Part shown: one piece after another, positions 1 to 16,953 of the stretch
How the letters are laid out: each line of letters begins with the position of its first letter
Position numbering within the stretch: the first letter of the stretch is position 1
Assembly (NCBI RefSeq): GCF_009914755.1
Contig: NC_060936.1
Length of the DNA: 64,000 nt
Direction: 5' to 3' (one strand)
From: the human T2T-CHM13v2.0 reference genome, Homo sapiens
The notes under the pieces: generated by a model
What the model was told of the DNA's origin: nothing
Seen by the model: only the letters and a program-made list of their open reading frames with translations
The model's database searches: none
Position numbers and translations under genes: made by a program

Positions 1-1630
1 TAATTCTGTTTTATATATTGTTCTAGGACTTTGCTTCAGACCTCTTATGACCTCTTTGATTAGAAATATATCTTTCTAAACCATGATGTTATCTTTGTTT
101 CACATTTATGTATCCAAGGACAACCTAGATATCTCCAATTATAGGTATCACAGAAAACTCACATCTCATATTATGCAAAACTGAAGCCTGGTGAGCCTGT
201 GCCCCAGTGAATTTTATTCATTCCAAATGTTGAGAACCGCTGTCATAGAGAGAAAGCAAAATGTAACTGTTAATCCTATCAGTCTCCTGTAGGACATTCC
301 TAGGAGGTTAGAGACCTAGGACAATTGGTTTTCTCTTCTGGATGAGTTCCTATACATGTAAACTGTTTGACTTAAAAATGTATTACAAAATTAATAGAAC
401 ATATGATAAATAGTGATTTATTGATAACAATAGATAGAGAAAAGCTACTTCATCTTTGTTTATTGCCCAATCAGTGCATGAGGATTTCATATTATTGAGG
501 AAATATTTCATATTCCTGGACCTATTTGGTCCAGCAATGACATTGCTCTTTGGAATCTTGTTTATATTGAAATAATATAAATGTCTTGCCTCTGCAATTT
601 CCTAATACCCTTGATTTAATGCTTATTACATTATTCATGATGTGGAATCATCTGCCATACAACTATGAACATTCTATTCCAATGGCTATCTCACAGTTTA
701 TTAATATGTTTTGTTGGTTATGATCACCAGTGTAAGTTTTACCCACGATATACAGTGAAATTTGCGCAATAATTAGATTTATGGATATATTAAATTTACC
801 AAAGGAAATTTGTATAGTGTAAATGTAGAACAACACATCTTCCAGTAGCATTGGAAGAGTCTCAAATTCTTCAGGCCATAGTCACTAAATTCCTAGAGTG
901 TGATATTTTTCAATATTCACTAAATCATACCTACCACTCCAACCCACGAGTAGGGTGGATAGGTAAGGGGCCGTCAGTAGAGAGAGAGCAGCAGTCTTGT
1001 TCATACAAGGAGGATCCATCCCATGTACTGTAAGGCTGAAGATCATGCCAAGAGAACATAAGGCCACCACATAAATTGGAGGCAAAAGAGAACAACTATC
1101 AGAAGGGCCATTAGGATTATGGAGTTATAGTCTTAAAAGCCCCTGGAGAAGATATATGCAACTGTCCCTGGAGAACTGCCTGACATGCTGTACATAGAAG
1201 GAGTTTGGAGTAAGCAGCGGGGTTGCTAGCAAGAGGAGCAACAGTGGATGCCGCAAGGTAAAAACTACTGCTGCTACCCCTGCCATGTTCTGGTGGTAAA
1301 CAAAAGAGACAGCCCTATAATTGGAACAGACACCAAGATGGACAAGAGCCAATATATAACTCTCACATACTTGGTTCAAGTCCAAGTGTTGGCATTGGAC
1401 CAATGGTAGGCTAGAGCCCTGAACTTGCCATGCCCACGAGTGACTGTCACACGGAATCAGTATGACAGTAACTTTCTGGCTGCATAATCTTGTATAATCC
1501 AAATAAAACAAATAAATATAATTTAATTATATCTAATTATATTTAATTATATATATCCTACTCTGGATAGGAGGAACTGGGGCCAGACTACAATTACTAA
1601 GCTCCTTAAGACATACCCAATGTAGAGGGT

Positions 1631-2202
1631 TCTGATGGTTAATTTTATGTGTAAGCTTCACTAGGCGAAAGGATGTTCAGATAGCTAGTACAACATTATT
1701 TCTGGGTGGGTCTATGAGGGTGCGTCCTTCCTTAAGAGATTAGCATTTGAATTAGTAGACTAAGTAAAGAAGATCCACCCTTACCAATGTTGACAGGCAT
1801 CATGCAATCTTTTGAGTGTCCAAATAGAACAGAAAGGTGGTAGAAAGGTGAATTTTGTCTTCTTGAGCTAGGATTCCTGCCCTCAGACAACCTGCCTTCA
1901 GATTCAATGTTGCTGCTTCTTGGGCCTTTGGACTCTGAAACTTACACCAATGGCTTCCTGATTCTCAGGCCTTTATCCTTCAGTTTCCAGCCAGAAGTTA
2001 TACCATCAGCTCCCTTGATTTTCAGACCTTCAGACTTGGACTGAATTATATCATCAGCTTTCCTGGCTTTCTAACTTGCAGAGAGCATATTGTGGAACTT
2101 CTTTGCCTCTATAATCATATGAGCACATTTCCATAATAAATCTCTTACATATCTATATGTATCCTATTAGTTCTTTTTATCTAGAAAACCCTGACTAATG
2201 CA
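1631..2202 (+). mobile_element. MLT2 (ERVL) solo LTR, MLT2B/C/D-like
   Basis: Starts tctgatggttaattttatgtgt and ends ctagaaaaccctgactaatgca. 5-bp TSD agggt at 1626-1630 and 2203-2207. Confidence 0.85.
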
Positions 2203-2628
2203 AGGGTCAAAGATCATACTGCAAGGATCTGGTCCAGGATAGTACTGCCACCCTTGGCCACTCCTAGGTACTGGAGGGGGCTTAGAACATTTTGAAGAAA
2301 GCACCCTGATGCACCAGGAATGCCCTCAGATGTGGGCCTATAAGAAGGACCCACTTTTCCAGACTAAGCGTGGTTCTGAACCACCATATAAAAGTTGTTT
2401 CTTTCTGGTTCTATCTCCTAAATATTTACTTCATTCTTTTTCCATTCAACGACAGCTCTTCTATCATAAGCTGTATACTGTACACTTCAGGCAAAATAAA
2501 TGTATGTGGCTTTTTGTTTGTTTGTTTTTAGTTCTCTAAATTTCATGACTTTGCTCATTTTGCCCTGACTTACGTTCTGTCCCTTAGCTTAGCTAACTCT
2601 TAAATATTTTTTAAGTTTCAGTAAACAT

Positions 2629-2920
2629 AGAATGATTTTGGAAACTTTGTTAAAATTATATGTGTTTGGGTTTATTTCTGGACTTCTATTTCTATTCCCT
2701 GAGCCTATATGTCTATCCTTATGTCAGTATAACAATGTTTTGATTACTGTAGCTTTACAGTAAGATTTGAAATCAGGAAGTGAAAGTCTTTCTACATTGA
2801 TTTTCTATTTCAATAATGTTTTGGCTATTTGGAGTCCCTAATTTGAAGAGATGTTTATCCATTTCAGCAAAAAAGGCCATTGGAATTTACAGGAATTATA
2901 TTGAATCTGTATCTCACTTT
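2629..2920 (-). mobile_element. L1M ORF2 fragment, inverted 5' part of the L1MB element
   Basis: Antisense L1 ORF2 sequence (gattactgtagctttacagtaagatttgaaatcagg; ttttggctatttggagtccc). Confidence 0.8.
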
Positions 2921-4542
2921 ATGGGGAAAGAATAGTTTCTTCCACAAATGGTGCTGCTACAACTGGATAACCACATACAAAGAATAAAGTTGGACCTCTA
3001 GATCACTCCATATGTAAACATTGCCTCAAAATGGATCAACAACCTACATGTAAGAGCTGAAACGATATAACTCTTAAAAGAATGCATACAGGTGGGGCCA
3101 GGCGCGGTGGCTCACGCCTGTAATCCCAGTACTTTGGGAGGCCAAGGCAGGTGGATCACGAGGTCAGGAGATCGAAACCATCCTGGCTAACACGGTGAAA
3201 CCCCATCTCTACTAAAAATACAAAAAATTAGCCGGGCGTGGTGGCAGGCGCCTGTAGTCCCAGCTACTCGGGAGGCTGTGGCAGGAGAATGGCGTCAACC
3301 CGGGAGACGGAGCTTTCAGTGAGTGGAGATCAAGCCACTGCACTCCAGCCTGGGCGACACACCGAGGCTCTGTCTCAAAAAAAAAAAAAAAAAAAAAAAA
3401 AAGTGCACACAGGTAAATCATCACAACCTCAGATTAGCAATAGATTCTTAGGTTTGGCACCAAAAGTATAAGCAACAAAACAGAAAATAGATAAATTTTA
3501 CTTAAACCAAATTTAAAACGTATCAAAAGACATTTAAAAAATGTAAAAAGACAACACAGAGAATGGGAGAAAATATTTGCAAATCTTATGTCTGATAAGG
3601 TTTACTATCCAGAATATATTAAAGAACTCTTACAACTCAAAGACAAAAAGATGAAGAACCAAGTTAAAACATGGAAAAAGGACTTGAATAGTCATTTCCC
3701 TAAAGAAGATATACAAAAGATCGAAAGGCAAAGGAAAAAAATGTTCAGCTTCATTGGTCGTTAAAAAAATGCAAATCCAAACCACAATGAGATACCACTT
3801 CATACTCACTAGGATAGCTTTAATAACACACAAACAAACAAACTGGAAAATAAATATTGATGAGCATGTGGATAAGTAGGTTGCGTGGCGCATTGTTAAT
3901 GGGAATGTAATATGACACAGACACTGTGTAAAATGCTTCGTGGTTCCTTAAATAGTTAAACATGGAATTACCATATGACTCGGCAATTTCACTCTTAGGT
4001 GTATATACCTAAGAGAAATAAAAGTGTATGTCCACAAAGAAACTTGTACACAAATATTCATAGCAGCATTATTCATAATAGCCAAAATGTGAAAACAATC
4101 CAAATGTCCATCAGGATGGATGAATGGATAAATACATTGTGATATATATATACACACAATGAAATATTAATTAGCCATGAAAAACAATAAAGTCCTGACA
4201 GTGCTATAATTTAAATGAACCATGAAAACATTATTCTACATCAAAGAAACCAGATAGAAAAGGCTTCATATTATGTGATCCTTTTTAAGTGATATATCCA
4301 GAATAGGTGAATCTACAGAGACAGAAAACGGTTGAGGTCACTAAGGAATCAGAAGTGGGGAAAATGGAAAGTGATTACTTAACAGGTACAGAATGTTTTG
4401 TGGGGTGATGAAACAGTTTTAAAACTGGAGAGAGCTGGTGGTTGTACAACAATGTGAATATAGCAAATGCCAGTGAATTGGGTACTTTGAAATAATTAAG
4501 TGTATGCTATGTGAATTTCACCTCAATAAAAGAACAAGAAAA
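2921..4542 (+). mobile_element. L1MB-like 3' end (ORF2 C-terminus and 3' UTR), interrupted by AluY
   Basis: atggggaaagaatagt...aaatggtgctg; gggagaaaatatttgcaaat; accacaatgagataccactt; 3' UTR ending tatgtgaatttcacctcaataaa plus A-rich tail. Confidence 0.85.
3096..3402 (+). mobile_element. AluY
   Basis: ggccaggcgcggtggctcacgcc; Y-type gagatcgaaaccatcctggctaacacggtg and gagaatggcgt; long poly(A); degenerate TSD tgcatacaggt/tgcacacaggt. Confidence 0.95.
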
Positions 4543-4699
4543 AGGCACAATCATGTATTACCTGTACCAGAAAACATAACTAGAAAGCAGCCTGGATTGG
4601 CTGGTCCTACTCATGGCTTCTATAATATTCCTTGCCTATCACCATATAACACCTTGTAAAATTGTGTTATAATATTATTTTAATATGTCAATTTACATA

Positions 4700-4795
4700 T
4701 ATATCATATGCTAGATTATAAATTCTTGAGGGCAGAGACCATGTCTTACTCTGAAAGTTACCTGGTGCCTCACAAATAGTAAGTACTCAATGTTT
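4700..4795 (+). mobile_element. L2 3'-end fragment
   Basis: ctagattataaattcttgagggcagagaccatgtctt...tggtgcctcacaaatagtaagtactcaat resembles the L2 3' terminus. Confidence 0.55.
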
Positions 4796-5221
4796 AGTTT
4801 ACTTTGATGGTATCCAGGCTGCTAACATAAGATGTATGTTTAAAAGAGTTTGTCTAGGTTGTTTTAGAAACCTAATAATCGGTTAAATATTTCACTTGAA
4901 TTCTATTGATTTTCCTGTAATTAGACTATCTTTTCTGGCTACTATGGTCTTTTATTATTCGGCTGCCTGTTTATTCTCTGATTATAAAAATTTTAAACAC
5001 ATGTAGCTTATATTTGTCAAATGTTGCTGCATAATTTTGAATGATGTGCCTTTACATATTTATACTTTGCAGTACATAATAAGTTTGTTATGCTATAATG
5101 CAGAGCTTTTTTTGATGAATTATCACTTAAGTCCCACTTCCAATAATGAGTCTGAAACCTCAAGATCCATCTGTTGATTCCTTATGACAGAAACACCATT
5201 GCAGTCACATTGTTAAGTATA

Positions 5222-5587
5222 CAAATGCTCCTTGACTTACAATGGGGCGATGTCCCAATAAACCCATCATAAGTTGAAAATATACTAAGAAGAAAATTTT
5301 TTCAAAACACCTAAACTACTGAACATCATAGCTTAGCTAAGCCTACCATAACAGTGTTCAGAACACTTACACTAGCCTAGAGTTGGGCAAAATCATCCAA
5401 CAAAAACCCAGTTTTATAATAAAGTATTAAATGTCTCATGTAATTTATTGAATTCTCTACTGGAAGTAAAAGACAGAATGGTTGTGTGGGTACCCGAAGT
5501 ACCATTTCTGCTGAATGCAAATTGGTTTCACATCATTGGAAAGATGAAAAATCTTAAGTCAAACCATCATAAGTCAGGGAATATCTG
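5222..5587 (+). mobile_element. MER47A (TcMar-Tigger MITE), full length
   Basis: Termini caaatgctccttgacttacaatgg and catcataagtcagggaatatctg are inverted repeats; 366 bp; TA on the left flank. Confidence 0.9.
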
Positions 5588-7345
5588 GACTTACAGAAAA
5601 ATTGAAAATTAACATTTTTTGGTTAATACATAGTGAAAACTATGGAAGGAAGGAAAATATTTAATTATTACAAGTGTGTGATGTCATTTTTAATATTTTT
5701 TCCAAAGGCAACACCCAAATATGTATCCTACACAATAACTATTTTTTGAGAATTAGTCTCAATTCTTCAGCTAGCTTAAGTTTATCTTTTATGTTCTATA
5801 TTCTGTGTCACCAGTTACTAAATCTTAATACTTTCCTCAGTGAATTGCATACACATTTAGTTCTTTTTCTCTCCCAGTATCAGCCTATGCCAACCATACC
5901 TAGATTACCAATATCTACTTCTAATTAATCTTAATCATTTCATCACCCATTTCTCAAATCAGAAACCTACTCCTACTATTTTCTAAAATATAAAGTCAAG
6001 ATACTTTAAACTCACATAAAAAATTCTTTACAATCTGATTCTATACCATCTCTTTAAGTTTTTCCAACTTCAGCATTCATTATTTTCTCCAAAACTTTAT
6101 TATCAAATGTTCCTCTCTTCATTTTTAAAATAATGTCTGTTGACTTCCAGGACATTCTCCCACCCTCCCTAATGTCTCATTTACCTGGCATGTATAGGTA
6201 AGCACCCTCTGTATGGCCTCATTCTTGGTGACTTGAAATATAAAGTTACACCTTTTAATGACTAAACCTGAGTTCTTCCACTTTCTCAACTCTAGTGTTC
6301 ATATGTCCAGACTCCATGTCAGTTACTCACTAATCAGCCATATAGTGATTTTCATCATGACTCAAAACTCTTCAATATTCGATATCACACAATTTTAAAT
6401 TCTGATGATATTCTTTTATCCTTCCACATCAAATTCTGATCATATTCCTATTCTTCTACATTTCTAGTGCAATTTTACTCTTATTCAGGCAAATGGCCAG
6501 ATGGAAGTTTTGTTTTACGATTCATTGGAAATATGAATGTATTGCCTCCATTTTTGGACAATAGGGCCCATCAGGCACACTGAGGCCAAGGCCATTATAT
6601 AAACAGCTATAGTTTATTAAGATGGTTAGGTATAATAGTGGATGTGCAGAATAAACTTGTCAAACTTTTGAATAAAATCTATCCTATCATCTATATGGGA
6701 AGGCCACCCCATTAAACCAGCCAACTAAATTACATTTACCCACTGTCATAAAGTCTGATCTTATGTTACATTTCAAATAAATATGTTAAAACACATTTTG
6801 ATAAATACTATGAAAACACCGAGAAAAAAGAAATTATTAAACTTCTCTGGTATGCTAGATTCTAAAAACATTTCACTTAAGAATAAATAATGTGGATATC
6901 ATATAATTAATTGTTCTATTTTCTATCGAGTGGTTAAAGTGGGTTAATGGATTCCTCACTACCTAATTTTTCATAATTCAATGTAATATGTAGCTAATAT
7001 AATATAAAGCATGGTAATCTTTTGGAACATTTATATGTTTATCCTGTTTGTTAAGTGGCACAGCAATTTCCATAACACAGCTAATTGTTTGAGTTTGGAT
7101 TAGTTATGGAACAAAAAGTACTCTATCAAATATAAATATATTAATAAAGCTTCATTAGACCAGGGCACTTGTCACCTTCTTCACTGTAGCCCATCCCTTC
7201 CACTCAATAGACAATGTCCATATATTCTTTGTGTTAGCATAAGATGGCACTATTTTATTTTTCAATACGTTGAGATTATTTTGAATAAAGTAAAAAAAAA
7301 ATGACTAAAAAGCATATTTTCATGATTTTGCAATTGGTAAATAAC

Positions 7346-7655
7346 TTTATTTATTTTATTTTATTTATTTATTTTTTTGAGACAGCGTGTTGTTCTGTTG
7401 CCCAGGCTGGAGTGCAGTGGCGCGATCTTACTGCAAGCTCTGCCTCCCGGGTTCACGCCATTCTCCTGCCTCAGCCTCCCGAGTAGCTGGGACTACAGAC
7501 GCCCGCCACTACGCCAGGCTAATTTTTTCGTATTTTTAGTAGAGACGGGGTTTCACTGTGTTAGCCAGGATGGTCTGGATCTCCTGACCTCGTGATCTGC
7601 CCGCCTCCGCCTCCCAAAGTGTTGGGATTACAGGCGTGAGCCACCGTGCCTGGCC
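7346..7655 (-). mobile_element. AluY
   Basis: gcaagctctgcctcccgggttcacgccattctcc; gtgttagccaggatggtc; TSD ggtaaat(a/c)actttattt at 7336 and 7656. Confidence 0.93.
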
Positions 7656-8148
7656 GGTAAATCACTTTATTTATGATCAACTTGAACATGAATATTTTTC
7701 ACCACTTCTTAAATATACTTTCAGAAGTGGTGATAGGTTTTGTGTAAAATAAAATATATTTTCACAGCCTTCATTAAAAGAGATATTTTATTGTTAAGAA
7801 AACATGAAAATGTTTATGATGGCATGAGGTACTGAAATAGTATTTTATTATTTTATAGTTAGTTCTATATGTAATTATTTAACATTCTATGGATATATTT
7901 ATGCATATGTTTATATATACACACATCATTTTGTTTTTACCATTTGTATTTAAATATATGAAAAGCACTTTCTTCCTCTGCATTAATGTTGAAGAAAAAC
8001 TAGAGGAATAAGGGTGAAAAAGAATATATATTAGCTGAATTACTTACATGATAAAGACAGTTTTATTTTTCTTGGGAAAATAAGTAGTTATATGTCAATT
8101 TAAATTCAACATAAAATTTCTGATATATTCTTGATATTTCCATGACTA

Positions 8149-10838
<2,690 letters not shown>

Positions 10839-11642
10839 GACTATAAAAGTTTAAATTTCTTCTATGTCTTTTGACATAATATAAATTTTAAAATCTTAGA
10901 AATATTTTATATGGCATACATTCTATATCTATGTAACTAATAGTTTGAGATTCAACACATTACCTTAATAGAATTTTCATAGGAAGTTTCACTAGTTTTT
11001 TTTAAATATGTACTTATTATATATTTTAGGAAGAGTGATAAGAATTAGAAAGGTTTTAATTGATGGGACATATTTCTAGATTTTTAAATAATATTCTACA
11101 TATGGTATGGATCCTTTAATATGAAAGATCAATAGTTTTCTGTTTTTTATATTTTCTTTTGTTGAATTTTAGTGATGGCCTGGTTTGCCTAAGCTAAGAA
11201 TATATTGCTTATTCTTGACAATTTTATGTAATAAACTATAGTTTAAAATTATCAAATATTTGAAACAATTGTGTGGCATTTTATAACCATCATTCATAAT
11301 CTTGGAAACCCTTTATGGTTATGTAACTTGATCCTCACTGTCCCAGTCTTTTAATAAAGAATTATCCAAATATGTCAGGTTAAAATATAACAATTGATTT
11401 CTTTATTTAATTATCATTTGCAAAAGCTTGACACATTCAATGTAATAGCTGTTTTTCTCACCAATCTCATCAATATTTGATAGAGACTTTCAAACATAAA
11501 GAAGATACACTAAGCATTGTAATTTTACCTTTTATCAATTTACGTTACTTAGCTTGAATACATAATAAGAATTGTTTTTCCTGTTTAATTACTTCCCATT
11601 TTCCCCCTTCTACCTGTGATTTCTTTCTTAGAGCATAACAAG

Positions 11643-12016
11643 TGCTGTAATTTGAATGTGCCCCCTCAAAGTTTGTGCTTTGGAAACAATCCCCAATGCA
11701 GTGGTGTTGGAAGGGAAAGCCTAATGGGAGGTGTTTAGAACTGTAAGGGTTCTGCCCTGAAGAACTGATGAATGCCACTACTACAGCAGTGGGTTCCTAA
11801 TAAAAGGAAGAGTTTGGCCCACTCTTGCATTCTCTATAGCCCTATGTTTGCATTTCCTCCATGGGAAGCATGTTTGCATTTCCTCCAAGAAAGTCCTCAC
11901 TAGATGACACCCGCTGTATTTTGGAGTCTGTAGCCTCTAGAACTGTGAGCCAATCAATTTCTGTTTATTGTAAATTATCCAATATCCTGTTAAAGTAGCA
12001 TGAAATAGACTAAGAG
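11643..12016 (+). mobile_element. MaLR solo LTR (MSTC/MSTD-like)
   Basis: tgctgtaatttgaatgtgccccctcaaag...cctctagaactgtgagc...gaaatagactaag. Confidence 0.75.
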
Positions 12017-12122
12017 GTCAAGGTTACAAAATGTAAACTTGGTGAAACAGAATATTATTTTATCAAAATCATAATATCTTATTTCATTACATCAAATAGT
12101 AATTGACCAAATGACTGTCTAA

Positions 12123-12710
<588 letters not shown>

Positions 12711-13416
12711 AGAGAAATTCTTAAACGCACAAAATTGATGGACTAAAGATTGTAAACATTTTCTGAAACATTTTGTGTTTACAAAATGAGATGTTTAATA
12801 AATTTAAAGGCAATTTTACATGTGAGAAGTCAAAGACATGACGTGTGAGGCACATTGTAGTGCTTTTACAAAGATTGAAATTTTAGAATTATTTCTTTCT
12901 CAAATTATGACCCTGAGATATTTTACTTCCGGAATGATATGAGAAATATACTATTACCTTTGTTCCTGAGTATTTAACAGCAACATGCATTTCAGTAGAT
13001 GGTACTAGTCTTTTGTTTGCACATCTTTAGATCAGTTGCAAAGCACTCTTCCTTTACTTTAGGAGTTTAGTGCTCATTTAAAAAGGATTACAACATGAAC
13101 AAAAATGGAAAACTAAAATAATAAGTGGAAAACGAAGTAATTCAGTTCATCACCTCACTGTTTCAGAATGAAGATCTATAATAAACTATTTGGTTGCATT
13201 TGTGGTATAGCAATTAAAGTATTTTTAAATTTCTATCAGGTACAATCTCCCAGTCATTTTGTCTTTATATCAATATTTTCCACACCTCCACTCAGCTAAA
13301 ATTTTGATTCAAGAACATAACACTTACATACAGTGATTTACCCCCAACAAACCTAATAACTATTCATAACATTTAAAAATACCTTGATTTTTCTCATTAA
13401 CTTATCATCATTAGCT

Positions 13417-13760
13417 GTAGTAGCTCTTTCCTTCTGGGTAATGACAGCTGGCCACAAGAATAATAGATGAATACAACTATCTTTTATGATTTACTTCTAA
13501 CTTGACCTTGAGATGTCTGTCTTGAGAGTCGTCATAAGCCAAGATAGACACTTTCTAGGGGAGCTATGACAGGGCAGAAGGTTAGATTTAGGTGTGTATG
13601 TCAGATGAGACACGTGAGGAAATAAAACTAAAATGTATGAAGCAGAAGAAATGTATTATTAACAAGTCCTAGAAAGGTTGGCGGTGCTGAAGGGAGGCCA
13701 GGAAGGCCAGTAGGAAGTCTAGAGGTGGCAGGGAGCTCAATCAGTGAGTGAAGGGAGGGG

Positions 13761-13801
<41 letters not shown>

Positions 13802-14132
13802 CTGTGGGACTAAGCCTTTGTTAAGGTCCATGGCAGGCCATTATGCCTTAGACTTTCCAGAGGGAGTTGTGAATTGGCTGGTGTAATGAAAACACTCACA
13901 AAGATGAGAACTAATTTGCATGACTCTGGTGTTGACCTTTAGGTTTTGTTGTAGTCAGCAGCTGTGGGCTGTCTTGGGTTGTTTTGAGTTAATGAGATGA
14001 GGAACAAACAGGCTATATTGCAAACAACCATACAGGGAGGAGTTTCAGCTAGGCTAAGGGTGATGGTGTGTTACTAGGTTTCAAACTTACATCAGGCCTA
14101 GAAATGGATGCCAAGGCAGCAACTATTAATAC
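13417..14132. mobile_element. Probable old ERVL-class LTR (MER76-like?) containing (GA)n
   Basis: GC-richer block of about 700 bp starting tgtagtagc, with LTR-like composition and an internal GA repeat at 13763-13798. Family assignment uncertain. Confidence 0.4.
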
Positions 14133-14523
14133 ATTAATAATTATCAATACATTAAACAAATTGATGACACCATTTCTGTCAGAATAATATTCTTCTAGTG
14201 AAAAATTTGAAAGAGTAAACACTCCAATTGGTCTATCTAGAATCAATTATAGGTTTCTAATCATTAACAGGGAAAATAATAATTTACAGAAAAATCTAAA
14301 ATTTTCCCAAGAAGGTAATACTAACTGTTTTGTAACAGTTATCATTTCTACTATTGGAAAATCTATGAGATAGGCCTAAGGGGTCACTGGAGGCCCAAAA
14401 AGTGGTATATTAAGGGCATTAATTAGATACCAATGGAAAAAGATAATTAAGCGGCTTTATCTTGTGGATATATGTAAGCAATTATTAGACCTCCTGCCTT
14501 AACAAGGCCCAAAGAGTTATTAC

Positions 14524-14655
14524 GAGAGTGACCATACATCCTAGTTTTCCTCAGAGAGTCTTAGTTTACAACTGTTATTCAGGTGTATTATTGGTAGTGC
14601 CTTCTTATCGTTTCAAAAGTGTTGGTTTTGGAAAATAAATTATGTGGTTACTCTA
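14524..14655 (-). mobile_element. MER94 (hAT-Blackjack MITE)
   Basis: Inverted termini gagagtgaccata and tgtggttactcta; about 132 bp; internal aaaagtgttggttttggaaaataaattat. Confidence 0.7.
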
Positions 14656-16294
14656 ATATAACTCACAGAAGAACTGAGATTTTTGAGCTTGAAGGTCAAA
14701 CTGTAATGGGGGGTATAAGATCAAATCTTCAAAGAGAGCATTAAATTTACCTGGTATATAATATATTGATAATAGTATGTAACTAATCAGATGTTAGAAA
14801 TAAAAGTATGATTTACATTGACATGCAGTCAAAACTGTGTAATGGATTAGCTGGTGGTATAATTCAGAATAGAAGACAGAAGAAAATCAAAGGGATAAAG
14901 ATATTTGAAACTGGATCTTCCATGCCTTATTTGAGTTGGAGCAAAGAATAGACAAGGGAAAAACTGGAACAGTGAAACAATAAGTTATTATTATGTACTC
15001 CAGGAGTTCCATTTGAGGCACTTGTGAGTGAGAGCAAATTGTCTCAACTTCAATCTTCACCTATATGACTAGGTGACAACACTTTGGGCAGTTTGCAATA
15101 TGGGACCAAATCTTCAGCTTTGAGGCAATAGTCATAAACAATGCTATACAGCACTTAGCATGCAGCAACTCACCAGTATTAGCAGTCAGCATCATTAAAC
15201 AGAGGATGAGCAGGAGTAATTCAGAGTGACTTGCTATATTTAGTTTATAGTTAGTCATGGCTCTTGGGTAGGAATAATGTTCCTGGCCTTAAAAGTTTCA
15301 TGTTATTTATAAGCATGCAATACTACAGATTGGTGCTATTCAATAGAGTTCTCTTCAAGGTTAGGGATGTCCTAAGTCTGGAGCTATGGATAACTGAAAG
15401 AATGCAGAACAGAGGTAATGCTATCATATCAATAGAGAAGTGGGTCTTCCCTAGAAGAGATCAGCCTCTTAGTCACTCTTCCTCCACCCCCAAAAAGAGG
15501 AGGAAGAAAAGCCAGATGATATATGTCTATCTTATTTTCAATCTTTTGTAGATTCTATATCTCTTTATGCATCTGTGTTGGTCTGTCCTAACTCCTAGCA
15601 AGCATTCTCTCTCTCTGGTTCCATTTCATCCTGCTTTCCTGTGTTCAGGATGGAAAAAAAGAACAATTAACAATAACCGTATTTTATTAATGCCAATTTA
15701 TGTAACTGAATAATTCAGCTACAGATAATACAAGAGTCTAGACCCTATAATTTAGGGTTTGGTTAGTTTTTTGTAGTAATGATAAACATGAGAGTAAATA
15801 TCTTTAACTGGTAATCACCAACTGTTAACAAAAAACATAGAAAATTTCATTTTCTTGTGGTGAATATGATCATCATTATCATCTACAGTTTAGTACACAC
15901 ATATAGAAAAGGGAAAACAATGTTCTCCTACTTCATTGAATTCCTTAAGTGTTCTGTAGTTCCTGTCACTGACATGTACGCAGAAGGTGTACTCAGTACC
16001 TTCTCTGCACCTGTCATGGAAGTGTGAGAAATTTAAAAAAATTACATATATCTATCTCTATGTGATGTTGTGCCAGGAATAAAAATGATAAAAATTTCAT
16101 GTAATCTTTTTTATATCATTTTGAGTGATACATATATGTTCTGAGGAAGAATAAATTTTATCTCCATAATGATAGTAAAACCACAATATCTTTGTAAGGA
16201 CATCACTATTTCATTTTTTAAATGAAGGAGCTGAGGGACAAAGAGATTAAGTAACTTACATAATAAGGTCACATAGATTTGATTCATCCATTGA

Positions 16295-16823
16295 ATCAAT
16301 TTTTCTATGCTACATAACAAATCACTACACACTTAGCAACTTTAAATAACAAAAGTTTATTATTTCATCATTTCTGTGAGTCATGAGTCCAGGTATCGTA
16401 GATTAATACCTTCTTCTACTCAGGGTCTCACCAGGCAGAAATTAAGCTGTCAGCCAGAGCTGCTGTCTCATTTGGAGCACTGGATCCTCTTCTAAGCTCA
16501 TTGGTTGTTTGCAGAATGTATTTCTCTGGTGTTGTATGCTTGAGATCCCTGTTTTCTGACTAGTTATCAACCAGGGACTTCTCTCAGCTTCTGCAGGCTA
16601 CCCTCCAGTCCTTGCCATGTAACCACCTCCTCACAATATGAAATCTATAGTCAAGAGGAAAGAAGCTCTCTCATGCTTCACTCTCTTTTAAGGACTCTCA
16701 TGATTAGGTTAGACCCACACTGGGAAAGCTCTGTTTTGATGAACTCGAATTAAAAAGTAACATATCATAAGAGTTATATCTCATCATAATCACAGCTTCT
16801 TCCTCTGCTTACCACCACCACCA

Positions 16824-16875
<52 letters not shown>

Positions 16876-16953
16876 CCATAAGGTTGGTCATATAGGGTAT
16901 GTATAATAGAGGGTGGGCAGTTTAGAGGCTGTCTTAGATTTCTTCTTGCCACA
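16295..16953 (-). mobile_element. MLT1 (E/F-like) MaLR LTR with internal (CA)n
   Basis: tatgctacataacaaatcactacacacttagc...cagggtctcaccaggc...cttctaagctcattggttg. Confidence 0.7.
16826..16874. repeat. (CA)n microsatellite
   Basis: About 24 CA units preceded by (CCA)n. Confidence 0.95.

Noticed and set aside
7699-7733. 11-bp inverted repeat tcaccacttct...agaagtggtga (also a 9-bp stem at 45407-45433)
   Set aside because: Too short for a miRNA or MITE, and could arise by chance or a small template switch in 64 kb.
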